Source: Malacoraja senta (taxonomy: Eukaryota). Taken from it: a DNA stretch of 64,000 nt. Made by a program: the position numbers and the translations under genes. Below the pieces are notes generated by a model that did not search any database, was not told the origin of the DNA, and was given only the letters and a program-made list of their open reading frames with translations. Shown here one piece after another: positions 49,559-60,477 of the stretch. Positions within the stretch are counted from its first letter, which is position 1. Each line of letters starts with the position of its first letter. Location of the stretch: assembly GCA_038087875.1 (NCBI GenBank), contig CM075987.1, forward strand, positions 26,910,001 to 26,974,000, read 5' to 3'.

Positions 49559-49918
49559 AGAAACTCAGCGGGTGCAGCAGCATCTATGGAGCGAAGGAAA
49601 TAGGTAACGTTTCGGGCCGAAACCCTTCTTCAGACTTAAGGGTTTCGGCCCGAAACGTTACCTATTTCCTTCGCTCCATAGATGCTGCTGCACCCGCTGA
49701 GTTTCTCCAGCATTTTTGTGTACCTTCGATTTTCCAGCATCTGCAGTTCCTTCTTTAACACAAATCTCCTAGCTTGTTAAAGAAGGAACTGCAGATGCTG
49801 GAAAATCGAAGGTACACAAAAATGCTGGAGAAACTCAGCGGGTGCAGCAGCATCTATGGAGCGATGGAAATAGGCAACGTTTCGGGCCGAAACCCTTCTT
49901 CAGACAATCTCTTCAGAC
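49559..49918. mobile_element. double Penelope pLTR (subfamily B) insertion with triplicated target site
   Basis: (ac)aaatctcctagcttg at 49542-49558 and 49760-49776, aatctcctagcttg at 49919-49932. Confidence 0.8.
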
Positions 49919-50499
49919 AATCTCCTAGCTTGTTTCTCACCCAGTCTACCAGTTTCGGTCCAGTTTAGTTTATTGTCACTGCACAGAGGTGCAGTGTAAA
50001 GCTTTGGCTGGGTGCTGGCCAGTCAGCGGAAAGACAATACTTTTGTCAGAGGGTGGTGAAACTGTGGAATTCTTTGCCACAGAAGTCTGCGGAGGCCAAG
50101 TCAATGGATATTTTTAAGGCAGAGATAGACAGATTGTTGATTAGTACGGGTGTCAGAGGTTATGGGGAGAAGGCAGGAGAATGCAGGTTTGTGGGTTAAT
50201 AGGTTCCTGTAAATTGTCCCCAGTGTGTAAGATTAATCGCTGGTCAGTGCAGACTCAATGGGCAGAAGGGCCTGTTTCTGCACTGTATCTCTAAACTATG
50301 AGTGGCACGGTGGCGCAGCGGTAGAGTTGCTGCCTTATAGCACCAGAGACCCGGTTCAATCCTGACTAAGGGTGCTTTCTGTACGGAGTTTGTATGTTCT
50401 CCCCGTCAGTCTGAAGAGGAGTTCCGACCCAAACGTCACCCATCCTTTTTCTCCAGACGCAGCCCGACCCGCTGAGTTACTCCAACGGTTTGTGTCTAT

Positions 50500-50840
50500 G
50501 GTACACAAAAATGCTGGAGAAACTCAGCGGGTGCAGCAGCATCCATGGAGCGAAGGAAATAGGTAATGTTTCGGGCTGAAACCCTTCTTCAGACTGATAG
50601 GGGGTGGGGAGAAGAAAGGAAAAAAGGAAAAAGGCGGAGGAGGAGCCCGAGGGCTGGGGGAGGGGAGGAGACAACCAGATGGCTGATGAAGGGGAGGGGA
50701 CAGCAAGGGCTAGCAGAATTGGGAGAATTCAATGTTCAAACCCCCAGGATGTAGACTGCCCAAGCGGAATATGAGGTGCATTTCCTCCAATTTACGGTGT
50801 TGCTCGCTGTGGCCATGGAGGAGACCCAGGACAGAGAGGT
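50500..50840 (-). mobile_element. Penelope subfamily B 3' end (GIY-YIG C-terminus + pLTR)
   Basis: DLSVLGLLHGHSEQHRKLEEMHLIFRLGSLHPGGLN upstream of pLTR B on the same strand. Confidence 0.8.
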
Positions 50841-51097
50841 CTATCTTTGGTCTAACCCAGCATCTGCATGTCTTTGTTTCTACAAGGTTTCGAGGGACAT
50901 GGCCTAAAGGTGGGCAGGTAGGACAACTAGCTTGGTCAGTGTGGGCAAGTTGGGCCAAAGGGCCTGTTTTCCCGCTGTAAGATTCTATGACTCGATATTG
51001 AATAAGGAGAAATTGTTGTGTTATTATGTTGTATTATGGTTACATAAGGTGAAATTATGTTGTATTATGGTTACATAGATGAACTAATTCACCTGCA

Positions 51098-51491
51098 GAA
51101 ACATATAAGATTATTATTGAAACATATAAGATTATTAAGGGTTTGGACACGCTAGAGGCAGGAAACATGTTCCCGATGTTGGGCGCGTCCAGAACCAGGG
51201 GCCACGCAGTTTAAAAATAAGGGATAAGCCATTTAGAACGGAGATGAGAAAAAACAATTTCACACGTAGAGTTGTGAGTCTGTGGAATTCTCTCCCTGAG
51301 AGGGCGGTGGAGGCAGGTTCTCTGGATGCTTTCAAGAGAGAGCTAGATAGGGCTCTTAAAGATAGCGGAGTCAAGGGATATGGGGAGAAGGCAGGAACGG
51401 GGTACTGATTGGGGATGATCAGCCATGATCATATTGAATGGCGGTGCTGGCTCGAAGGGCCAAATGGCCTACTCCTGCACCTATTGTCTAT
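51098..51491 (+). mobile_element. CR1 3' fragment
   Basis: ETYKIIKGLDTLEAG..VSLWNSLP..GYGEKAGTGY*; duplicated gaaacatataagattatt at the 5' junction. Confidence 0.88.
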
Positions 51492-51962
51492 AAACCCGAG
51501 ACTTATCCACTTCCATATGCAAATCAACTATTCTTCTCTCAAAACTAACTATTGCAAGCGTGGAGCTGTGTTCTTTTGAGTTTTAAACCTTGGTGAATGT
51601 GTGATAAAGCAAAAATTTACTCTTTAAAAAAAAAAACATTTCCTTTCTCTCTTCGCATCTGATTTGACATTGAAGTCACAATCTTTAATTTACAATTCAG
51701 TCTCAGTCCCTGCTCTGTTTATCACCAATCCTTCAGTCTGATGGATTAAGCCACGCTCATTGTCCTGTCAGCTTGGGTCCCAGGTGCCTGGGTTCCTGGG
51801 CTTCAATGTTGTCATCTTTCCTGCATTTTCAACACCTTTGGCACACAAAGAATTTAACAATGGAAGCTTGCAAGAAACGCTGAGCTAACAACATACAAGC
51901 ACTGCCCAATAGTCGACTTGCGTAAACTCACACTTATCTAAACAATCCTTCAAGCCCGAAGT

Positions 51963-52508
51963 TAGATACGAAATGCTGGAGTAACTCAGCGGGACAGGCA
52001 GCATCTATGGGGAGAAGGAATGGGTGACGATTTGGATCGAGACCCTTCTTCAGACCGAAGAAGGACTTCAGACTAGAGTCTGAAGAAGGGTCTCGACTCA
52101 AAACGTCACCCAGTCCTTCTCTCCAGAGATGCTGCCTGTCCCGCTGAGTTACTCCAGCATTTTGTGTCTATCTTCGGTGTATAACCAGCATCTGCAGTTC
52201 CTTCCTACAATTCTTTAAAACCACTGCTTTATTTCCGAGGATAGACACAAAATGCGGGAGAAATTCTGCGGGTCAGGCAGCATCTGTGGAGAAATGGAGA
52301 TGGGTGACGTTTCGGATCGGAACCCTTCTTCAGGCTTAATTAGCAGTCAGCTACTGCCGTAGTTAGCGGCTGTTTCTGCAGGCCAGACGATTGTTCTCAT
52401 TAGGTCTGAAGAAGGGTTTCGGCCCGAAACGTTGCCTATTTCCTTCGCTCCATAGATGCTGCTGCACCCGCTGAGTTTCTCCAGCATTTTTGTGTACGTT
52501 CTCATTAG
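51963..52508. mobile_element. cluster of Penelope pLTRs (fold-back 51963-52207; single copies; subfamily B copy 52404-52497 with 11-bp TSD)
   Basis: TSD gttctcattag at 52393-52403 / 52498-52508; hammerhead motif CTGAAGA A GGGT TTCG GCCC GAAACGTT at 52406-52433. Confidence 0.8.
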
Positions 52509-52510
52509 AT

Positions 52511-52680
52511 GCTCTCCGTGGTCCCCACACGGAGCTCGCCCTGTGGTCCCCACACAGAGCTCCCCCCGTGGTCTCCACACGGAGCTCCCCCCGTGGTCCC
52601 CACATGGAGCTCCCCCCATGGTCTCCACACGGAGCTCCCCCCGTGGTCCCCACACGGAGCTCCCCCTCTGGTCCCCACAT
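52511..52680. repeat. 25-bp GC-rich minisatellite, ~7 units
   Basis: Unit approximately GAGCTCCCCCCGTGGTCCCCACACG. Confidence 0.9.
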
Positions 52681-53514
52681 TGGACTTGAGAGATACAGCA
52701 CAGAAACTAGCCCTCCCGCCCACCGAGTCCGCACTGACCAGTGATCCCCGCACACTAACACTATCCGACACACACTGGGGACAATTTACAATTTTACTGA
52801 GGCCAATTAACCTACAAACTTGTACATCTATGGGATGTGGGAGGAACTCGACCCTATCCTTTCCCTTTATAATTAAACCTTACTTACCAGAGAAAACCAA
52901 AGCTCATCTTAATACCGTGTCTGCCTTGGACGGGTTGGGTTTAAAGATTAGCGGGTAAGGATTGCCGAACAGGTATTCATCAGTCTGAAGAAGGGTCTCG
53001 ATCCGAAACGTCACCCATTCCTTCCCTCCAGAGATGCCGCCTGTCCCGCTGAGTTACCCCAGCATTTTGTCTCTACCAGGTATTTATTTAATCTCATCGG
53101 CAATACATCCGTACATCATTAGTCATAAATATAATTTATTACAATTTCCAGGCATATAAATGATCATTTTGCAATAAATGCTGAATTCCACACGGGGTTA
53201 AGAGCCTGAAGCAAATTAAAATGTACAGATTTGCAATGTAGCATTGACAGATAATAAGTAGCTGATACTAATGACAACCTGTCAGGATTTCACCACCTAC
53301 AGATGATTAACGCCTGTGATTCGCTTGACAAGACCGTTCTGAAACATTCCATCTTTTTATAGAATAGCTTGGCACATTTAATTACTCAATACCTCCACAG
53401 TCCCATCATTAAATTTTATCACTGCAGATGTAATAACTGCAGCCCAAATGTAGGAAATGGGAAATTAAAGAGAAACTTTGGGGATGTACATACAGTAGAT
53501 CTTCGGTGGATAAT

Positions 53515-53757
53515 GTGTGGGAAGGAACTGCAGATGCTGATTTATACCGAAGATAGACACAAAACGCTGGAGTAACTCAGCGGGACAGGCGGCATCTCTG
53601 GAGAGAAGGAATGGGTGATGTTTGGGGTCCAGAGCCTTCCTCAGACTCCAGTCTGAAGTCCTTCTTCAGTCTGAAGAAGGGCCTCGACCCGAAACGACTC
53701 CCATTCCTTCTCTCCAGAGATGCTGCCTGTCCCGCTGAGGTACTCCAGCAATTTGGT
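53515..53757. mobile_element. Penelope pLTR fold-back pair
   Basis: Inverted pLTR A copies. Confidence 0.75.
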
Positions 53758-53773
53758 GTATGTGCTGGAGAGA

Positions 53774-54068
53774 GTTTAGTTTAGTTTTGAGATACAGTGT
53801 GGGAACAGGCCCTTTGGCGCACCGAGTCCACGCCGACCAGCGATCCCCGCACTATCCTACACATACTGGGGACAACTTACATTTACACCAAACTAATTAG
53901 CCTACAAACCTGCACGTTTTTAGATTGGGGGAGGAAACCGAAGAGAAAACACAGACAGATCACGGGGAGAACGTACAAACTCCGTACAGACAGCATCCAT
54001 AGTCGGGATCGAACCCGGGTCTGCGGGGCTGTAAGGCAGCAACTCTACCGCTGCGCCACCGTGACGCC
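53774..54068 (-). mobile_element. HE1-like V-SINE
   Basis: Head, V-domain, tail. Confidence 0.85.
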
Positions 54069-54076
54069 CAAAATGA

Positions 54077-54149
54077 GGACTCATCCGGGATTTGAACCCG
54101 GGACCTCTTGCACTCTACGCGAGCATCATACCCCCTAGACCAGCGAGCC
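54077..54149 (-). pseudogene. tRNA-Pro-derived pseudogene (anticodon position now AGA)
   Basis: Minus strand GGCTCGCTGGTCTAGGGGGTATGATGCTCGCGTAGAGTGCAAGAGGTCCCGGGTTCAAATCCCGGATGAGTCC aligns to the vertebrate tRNA-Pro(AGG) consensus with about 7-8 differences, including stem mismatches. Confidence 0.85.
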
Positions 54150-54899
54150 TGAACCTAGAACCTATGCCTTAAAAATGTTCCAAACCAGTTTTAATATTTA
54201 AACAATCATGCACAACCCCTGAATCAGATCAAGGACTTCCGAGAGTTAACAATTTGTTCAGAACAACTCAATAATATCAGCTTTCAACTCGAGCAAACTG
54301 CGTTGGGATAGCTGAAATGAGATCAGTGTAATAGTTTAATAAATGCAACAGAAGGAAAATATTCTCCACATATCCAAAATGAAATTATTTTGCTTTTTGA
54401 AATATGCATAACAATAGAGTGGTTCTCTCGAGTCATATTGCCTTTAAGCAATATTCATTATTGTGTTGGAATTGCATTTGTACCGAACCTGTTCATTTAT
54501 TTGAGTTGATGAAAGGATGGCGCTTGCCTACACTGTTCATGTGTGACCGACTAATTTCGATAATTAAGGCATCCTCTGTGTTCCCATTATCCTCCAGAAT
54601 CGTTAGCGATCTGAACATCTCTTACAATATTTCAAAAAAATACATTTGTCGGATATTTGAAGAGGTGTGCTTGCTTCCATCTTGTGGGCTCTGCACCAAG
54701 ATGCCAGTGGATACTGAAGAAGGGTCTCAACCCAAGACGTCACCTATTCCTTCTCTCCAGAGACGCTGCCTGTCCCGCTGAGTTACTCCAGCATTTTGTA
54801 TCTATCATCGGTTTACACCAGCATCTGCAGTTCCTTCCTACTCCAGCAGATGTTTACTGGTTTGTTTCTGTTCTTTCCCCACTCTTTACGGGTGGAATA

Positions 54900-55650
54900 G
54901 TGGCTGCCTTACAGCGCCAGAGACTCGCGTTCGATCCTAACAATGGGTGCTGTCTCTTCGGAGTTTGTACGTTCCCCTTGTGATCACGCCCGTTTTCCCA
55001 GGTGCTCCGGTTTCCTCCCACACTCCAAAGACGTACAGGTTTTTAGATGAATTGGCTGCTGTAAATGATCCCCAGTGTGTGTAGGTTAGTGCTAGTGTAC
55101 GGGGATCGCTGTTCGGCACGGACTATGTGAGCTGAAGGGTCCGTTTCACCGCTGTATTTCTAAAGGCTAAAGTGAAGTCTAATATTGAAATTTGGACTGC
55201 TGTAAATCTATTGCTCTAATGCAGCTTTTCCCAGTTTGCTTAAATATCTGTTTCTCTAATTTACATTGATTTTTGGAAGGCCAATAATATGATCTCAGCA
55301 AAATCGCCATTCCTCTGTGATTCCTAAGTGCAGTCTTTGTTTAGTTTAGTTTAGAGATACAGCGTGGAAACAGGCCCTACGGCCCACCGGGTCCACACTG
55401 ACCAGCGATCCCCGCACACTAACACTATCCTACACACACACTAGGGACAATTTACACATATACCAAGCCAATTAACCTACAAACCTGTACGTCTTTGGAG
55501 TGTGGGAGGAAACCGAAGATCCCGGAGAAAACCCACGCGGTCACGGGGAGAACGTACAAACTCTGTACAGACAGCACCCATAGTCAGGATCGAACCCGGG
55601 TCTCTGGCGCCGTGAGGCAGCATCTCTACCGCTGCGCCACTGTGCCACCC
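54900..55650. mobile_element. two HE1-like SINEs tail-to-tail (54900-55175 plus, 55337-55650 minus)
   Basis: V-domains and tails on opposite strands. Confidence 0.8.
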
Positions 55651-56505
55651 TAAACTCTTCCCATATGACTTCATTGGACATTCCCTCTAGGACATCCTCT
55701 TGAAGTTCTGCCACAATGCATGGCATAGTTGAAGGGCATTAAGGCCATCTTAGAGGCATCTAAAGATACAACATTGGAACAAACCCTTTGGATCTTTGAG
55801 TCAGCACTGATCATCAACCACCTATTTTACGCTAATCTTACACTAATCCCATTTTATATTCTCCTCACGATCTCTACGTTTTTTCCCTAGATTCTACCAT
55901 TCACCTACTCACTGGGGACAACTTACAGTGGTCTCATTAACCTAACAGCCCACACATCTTTAGGATGTGGGAGGAAACTATAACAACTCTATTAATCTGT
56001 CACTGCGAGTGGATGAAATAAATGTATTAAAATGCAGTAAGATTGTGACAATATTATTTGAGAAATTAATAACTGTATAACAAGCTATTACTCCGAATGT
56101 GTACGGATATTTATGTGCACAAAAAAATAATCTTATATTGCTTAATTGCCGTGATTTTACTTTAGGCAATAGGAAGCTGTCTTTGAACAGATAGTGACCA
56201 AATGATTAAATTCTGAGGACAGACACAAAATGCTGGAGTAACTCAGTGGGACAGGCAGCATCTCTGGAGAGAAGGAATGGGTGATGTTTTGGGTTGAGAC
56301 CCTTTTACAGGGCAGAGGGAAACACGAGGTATTGAAGGGTAAGGTGTGAAAACGAGAGATCAAAGGGGATGAGAATCAAGGAAAATGTAGAATAGATCAT
56401 CCAACCACAGTAGAATAATTCCAATACGATACGCCACGATACAACTTTATTTATCCCAGGAGGGAAATTGATCTGCCAACAGTCATAAAAACACAGCAAG
56501 ATACA

Positions 56506-56705
56506 NNNNNNNNNNNNNNNNNNNNNNNNNNNNNNNNNNNNNNNNNNNNNNNNNNNNNNNNNNNNNNNNNNNNNNNNNNNNNNNNNNNNNNNNNNNNNNN
56601 NNNNNNNNNNNNNNNNNNNNNNNNNNNNNNNNNNNNNNNNNNNNNNNNNNNNNNNNNNNNNNNNNNNNNNNNNNNNNNNNNNNNNNNNNNNNNNNNNNNN
56701 NNNNN
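56506..56705. other. assembly gap (200 N)
   Basis: N run. Confidence 1.
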
Positions 56706-57369
56706 GGGGAAGGCACCTTGGAATAACTTAATTCCAAATGACAATATGAGCAAGTGGTCCAGTGATGTGTTTCAAGTGAACATACTTTCATATATTTGAT
56801 TGGTTGCGCACATCATGAGTCAAGGTTATTTCTTGAAGATGATGGCGACTAAATTGGATACCCATGAAGGTTGGAGCAGGAGTTGTGCTGCACCGTTGAA
56901 ATATGTCCTTGATCATAGTACAGGCAATGTACCAAATGCATAAAGTCTGTTCACAAACATATATCAATATCCAGCCATAGTGGAGATGGTTGAAAGCTTT
57001 CAGTTTTTAAGAATAAATATTTCATGTCCATAAGTTATAAGAACAGAATTATGCCATTCGTCTCATCAACTCCACTCCGCCATTCAATCATGGCTGATCT
57101 ATCTCTCCCTCTCAACCCCATTCTCCTGCCTAAGATAGACACAAAATGGTGGAGTAACTCAGCGGACAGGCAGCACCTCTGGAGAAAAGGATTGGGTGAT
57201 GTTTCGGGTCGAGACCCATCATCAGACTGTCTGAAGCATCTGCAGTTCCTTCCTGCACCATTCTTCTGCCTTCTCTCCATAACCACTGACACCTGTACTA
57301 ATCTGGGACCTATCAATCCCCAGCTTAAAAATATCCACTGACTTGGCCTCCACAGCCATCTGTGGCAAT

Positions 57370-57534
57370 CTTCTTCTTGTCGAGTCCACACACAAGATTA
57401 GAAGTTGTTCAGCCAGAGCTGAACACACATCTCGGCATCTGCGTACAATGGTGTCTGTCTTGTCACTTCTTGTGCGTGGTGGTGGAAAGATTGGTGGAAA
57501 CCGGGCCGCGACGTGAACGCTCTTTCCTTGACCC
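57370..57534 (-). mobile_element. short non-autonomous Vingi-like retroposon with 5' HDV-like ribozyme
   Basis: TSD (c)catct(g/c)tggcaat at 57356-57369 / 57534-57547; tail ggactcgacaagaagaag; inserted in a CR1 fragment. Confidence 0.7.
57484..57534 (-). ncRNA. minimal HDV-like ribozyme candidate
   Basis: GGGTC(P1) AA GGAAAGA(P2) GCG(P3) TTCACGT(L3) CGC GGCCC(P1') GG TTTCCA CCAA(J4/2) TCTTTCC(P2'). Confidence 0.6.
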
Positions 57535-57875
57535 CATCTCTGGCAATGAATTCAACAGATTCACTACTCTGTAACTCCAGAAATTCCTCTTCATCTCCTC
57601 TCTAAAGGTATGTCCCTTTATTCTCAGGCTATTGGGTCTGGAAACCGGAGCACCTGGAGAAAACCCACGCAGGTCACGGGGAGAACGTACAAACTCCGTA
57701 CAGATAGTCAGGATCGAACCCGGGATCCACACAGCAACTCTACCGCTGCGCCACCGTGCAATCTCTACAGAACAAAATCTCTTTGGTGCAGTAATTCCCA
57801 AAACAATTTTAAAAAAGTAACTATTAAGCATTTTGTAAAATACATCATAGTACAATTAGCAGTTAACCTGGTTTC

Positions 57876-57995
57876 ACAAAAATGCTGGAGAAACTCAGCG
57901 GGTGCAACAGCATCTATGGAGCGAAGGAAATAGGCAACGTTTCAGGCCGAAACCCTTCTTCAGACTGATGGGGGTTCCTGGTTTTACCTGGTTAC
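57876..57995 (-). mobile_element. Penelope pLTR B insertion with 16-bp TSD
   Basis: TSD cagttaacctggtttc at 57860-57875 / 57996-58011. Confidence 0.75.
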
Positions 57996-58295
57996 CAGTT
58001 AACCTGGTTTCCCTGGGCCACAGACTACAAACAGTAAGCTGCTGAAGTCAAGCCTTTGTTCCACTTTTTGGTAAACACACAGAATGGCAAAATTGGTCAG
58101 CTGCAGTGTTGATCAATCTTTGAGAGATCGTTTCAGCATCGGTTCCTGGCTTATAATTGGGGCACTTAACAAGATAACACATGAAATGGAACACTGGAGG
58201 TTACTGGAGATCACATTATAATTAGAACTCTTCACCTAATGGCCCGCACTGTGACACAGAGGACTCGTTGAGATTAAACTTTTGCCTTCATACTG

Positions 58296-58620
58296 GAACA
58301 AAGTGCTGGAGTAACTCAGCGGGACAGGCAGCATCTCTGGAGAGAAGGAATAGGTGACCCTTCTTCAGACAGAGTCAGGGGAGAGGGGAACGAGATGTAC
58401 AGGTACATAGAAGAAATGAATGAAGGATATGCAAAAAGCAACGAAGATCAAAGAAAGGTGGAGCCCACAATGGTCCATTGTTGGCAGTGGGGTAGGTGAT
58501 AACGAGTGGATACAAACAATGAACCTCAGCAGGACGACAGTGAGACTAGTACGACGACTAGGTTGGGGGAGGGACGGAGAGAGAGGGAATGCAAGGGTTA
58601 CTTGACGTTGGAGAAATCAA
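58296..58620 (-). mobile_element. Penelope subfamily A 3'UTR + pLTR
   Basis: Same sequence as 25560-25770; runs into the GIY-YIG stop region at ~58600. Confidence 0.7.
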
Positions 58621-58751
58621 TCGAGTTAGCCCACGCTTCCACAAGGCTGATATGTTGGGCTGGTGCCTGGAGAGGGTCGGAGTGAAGTGTGTTCAGCGAT
58701 TCCTCTGTTCACCAATGCATCCTCGTCAGTCTTAGGGGAGGACTTCGAATA

Positions 58752-59110
58752 GTGAAAGGCATGGATAGAGTGGATGTGGAGAGGATGTTTCCACTAGTGG
58801 GAGAGTCTAGGACCAGAGGTCACAGCCTCAGAATTAAAGGACGTTCCTTTAGGAAGGGGATGAGGAGGAATTTATTTAGTCAGAGGGTGGTGAATCTGTG
58901 GAATTCATTGCCACAGACGGTGGTGGAGGCCAAGTCAGTGGATATTTTTAAAGCAGAGATAGATAGATTCTTGATTAGTGCGGGAGTCAGGGGTTATGGG
59001 GAGAAGGCAGGAAAATGGGGTTAGGATGGGGGGAAAGATCAGCCAAGAATGAATGGCGGAGTAGACTTGATGGACCGAATGGCCTAATTCTGCTCCTATC
59101 ACTTATGACC
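58752..59110 (+). mobile_element. CR1 3' fragment
   Basis: ORF 58689..59024 KGMDRVDVERMFPLVGESRTRGHSL..SQRVVNLWNSLP. Confidence 0.9.
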
Positions 59111-59373
59111 TTATTACAAGTGATGGCTGTGACTATCCAACCCCTCTGTCGTTTTGCAAAGGTTTTATCTGTAGACTTTATACATATAGCTGGGAAACAG
59201 GCCCTTCGACCCACCGAGTCCATGCTGACTGGCGATCACCAGCATACACCAGCACTAGCTTTTCAAAAGCTTTTCACTGTACCTTGGTACACGTGACAAT
59301 AACATGTTACAATAAGTAAAGTAATTCATTCAAACTAAACTAATCTATCTGGACTGAACTACCCAAAACACTA

Positions 59374-59620
59374 GGTAGACAAAAATGCTGGAGAAACTCA
59401 GCGGGTGAGGCAGCATCTATGGAGCGAAGGAAATAGGCAACGTTTCGGGTCGAGACCCTTCTTCACACTGAAGAAAGGAAGAGGCGGAGACAGTGGGCGA
59501 GCTGGAAAGGGGAGGGGAAAGAAGGAGAAAGCAGGGACTACCTGAAATTGGAGAAGTCAATGTTCATACCGCTGGGGTGTAAACTACCCAAGCGAAATAT
59601 GAGGTGCTGCTCCTCCAATA
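59374..59620 (-). mobile_element. Penelope 3' end (GIY-YIG C-terminus + pLTR)
   Basis: LEEQHLIFRLGSLHPSGMNIDFSNFR* on the minus strand followed by pLTR. Confidence 0.8.
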
Positions 59621-59674
59621 CACTAATATCCTAATATCCTATATCCTAATATCCTAATATCCAATATCCTAAAC

Positions 59675-59886
59675 GCTAGGGACAATATTTAACAAAACCA
59701 TTTAACCCACAAACCTGTAGGTCTTTGGAGTGTGGCAGGAAACCGGAGCACCTGGAGAAAACCCACGCAGGTCACGGCGAGAAGGTACAAACTCTGTACA
59801 GACAGGGTAGCACCCGTGGTAGGGATCGAACCCGGGTCTCTGGCGCTGTGAGGCAGCAGTTCTACCGCTGTGCCACCGTGCCGCCC
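59675..59886 (-). mobile_element. HE1-like V-SINE (partial)
   Basis: V-domain and head. Confidence 0.8.
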
Positions 59887-59978
59887 CTCTGAATATATAT
59901 CTTGTAACTGAGCTCAGGGTGTGAAAGGGATTGTTAGTCTCCACCCAGATATTAGCATTCAATCCGTCAGTCCCCGTA

Positions 59979-60477
59979 AAGGGAGTGTAGCGTAGGTTTA
60001 CAAGGTTAATTCCCGGGATGGCGGGACTGTCATATGCTGAGAGAACGGAGCGGCTGGGCTTGTACACTATGGATTTTAGAAGGATGAGAGGATATCTTAT
60101 TGAAACATATAAGATTGTTAAGGGTTTGGGGCACGCTAGAGGCAGGAAACATGTTGGGAGAGTCCAGAACCAGGGGCCACAGTTTAAGAATAAGGGGTAA
60201 GCCATTTAGAACGGAGACGAGGAAACACTTTTTCTCACAGGGAGTTGTGAGTCTGTGGAATTCTCTGCCTCAGAGGGTGGTGGAGGCCAGTTCTCTGGAT
60301 GCTTTCAAGAGAGAGCTAGATGGGGCTCTTAAAGATAGCGGAGTCAGGGGATATGGGGAGAAGGCAGGAACGGGGTACTGATTGGCGATGATCAGCCATG
60401 ATCACATTGAATGCCGGTGCTGGCTCGATGGGCCGAATGGCCTACTCCTGCACCTATTGTCTATTTTCTATTGTCTA
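59979..60477 (+). mobile_element. CR1 3' fragment
   Basis: RFTRLIPGMAGLSYAER..GYGEKAGTGY* (frameshifted). Confidence 0.9.

Noticed and set aside
52511..52680. CRISPR-like array
   Set aside because: Head-to-tail tandem units with no unique spacers, eukaryotic context, no cas genes
54077..54149. Functional tRNA-Ser(AGA) or mis-decoding tRNA
   Set aside because: Body is tRNA-Pro with acceptor- and anticodon-stem mismatches and no long variable arm; best read as a pseudogene
58715..58735. TCCTCGT as an HDV L3 loop
   Set aside because: Flanks GCA/CAG do not form P3 and no P1/P2 was found
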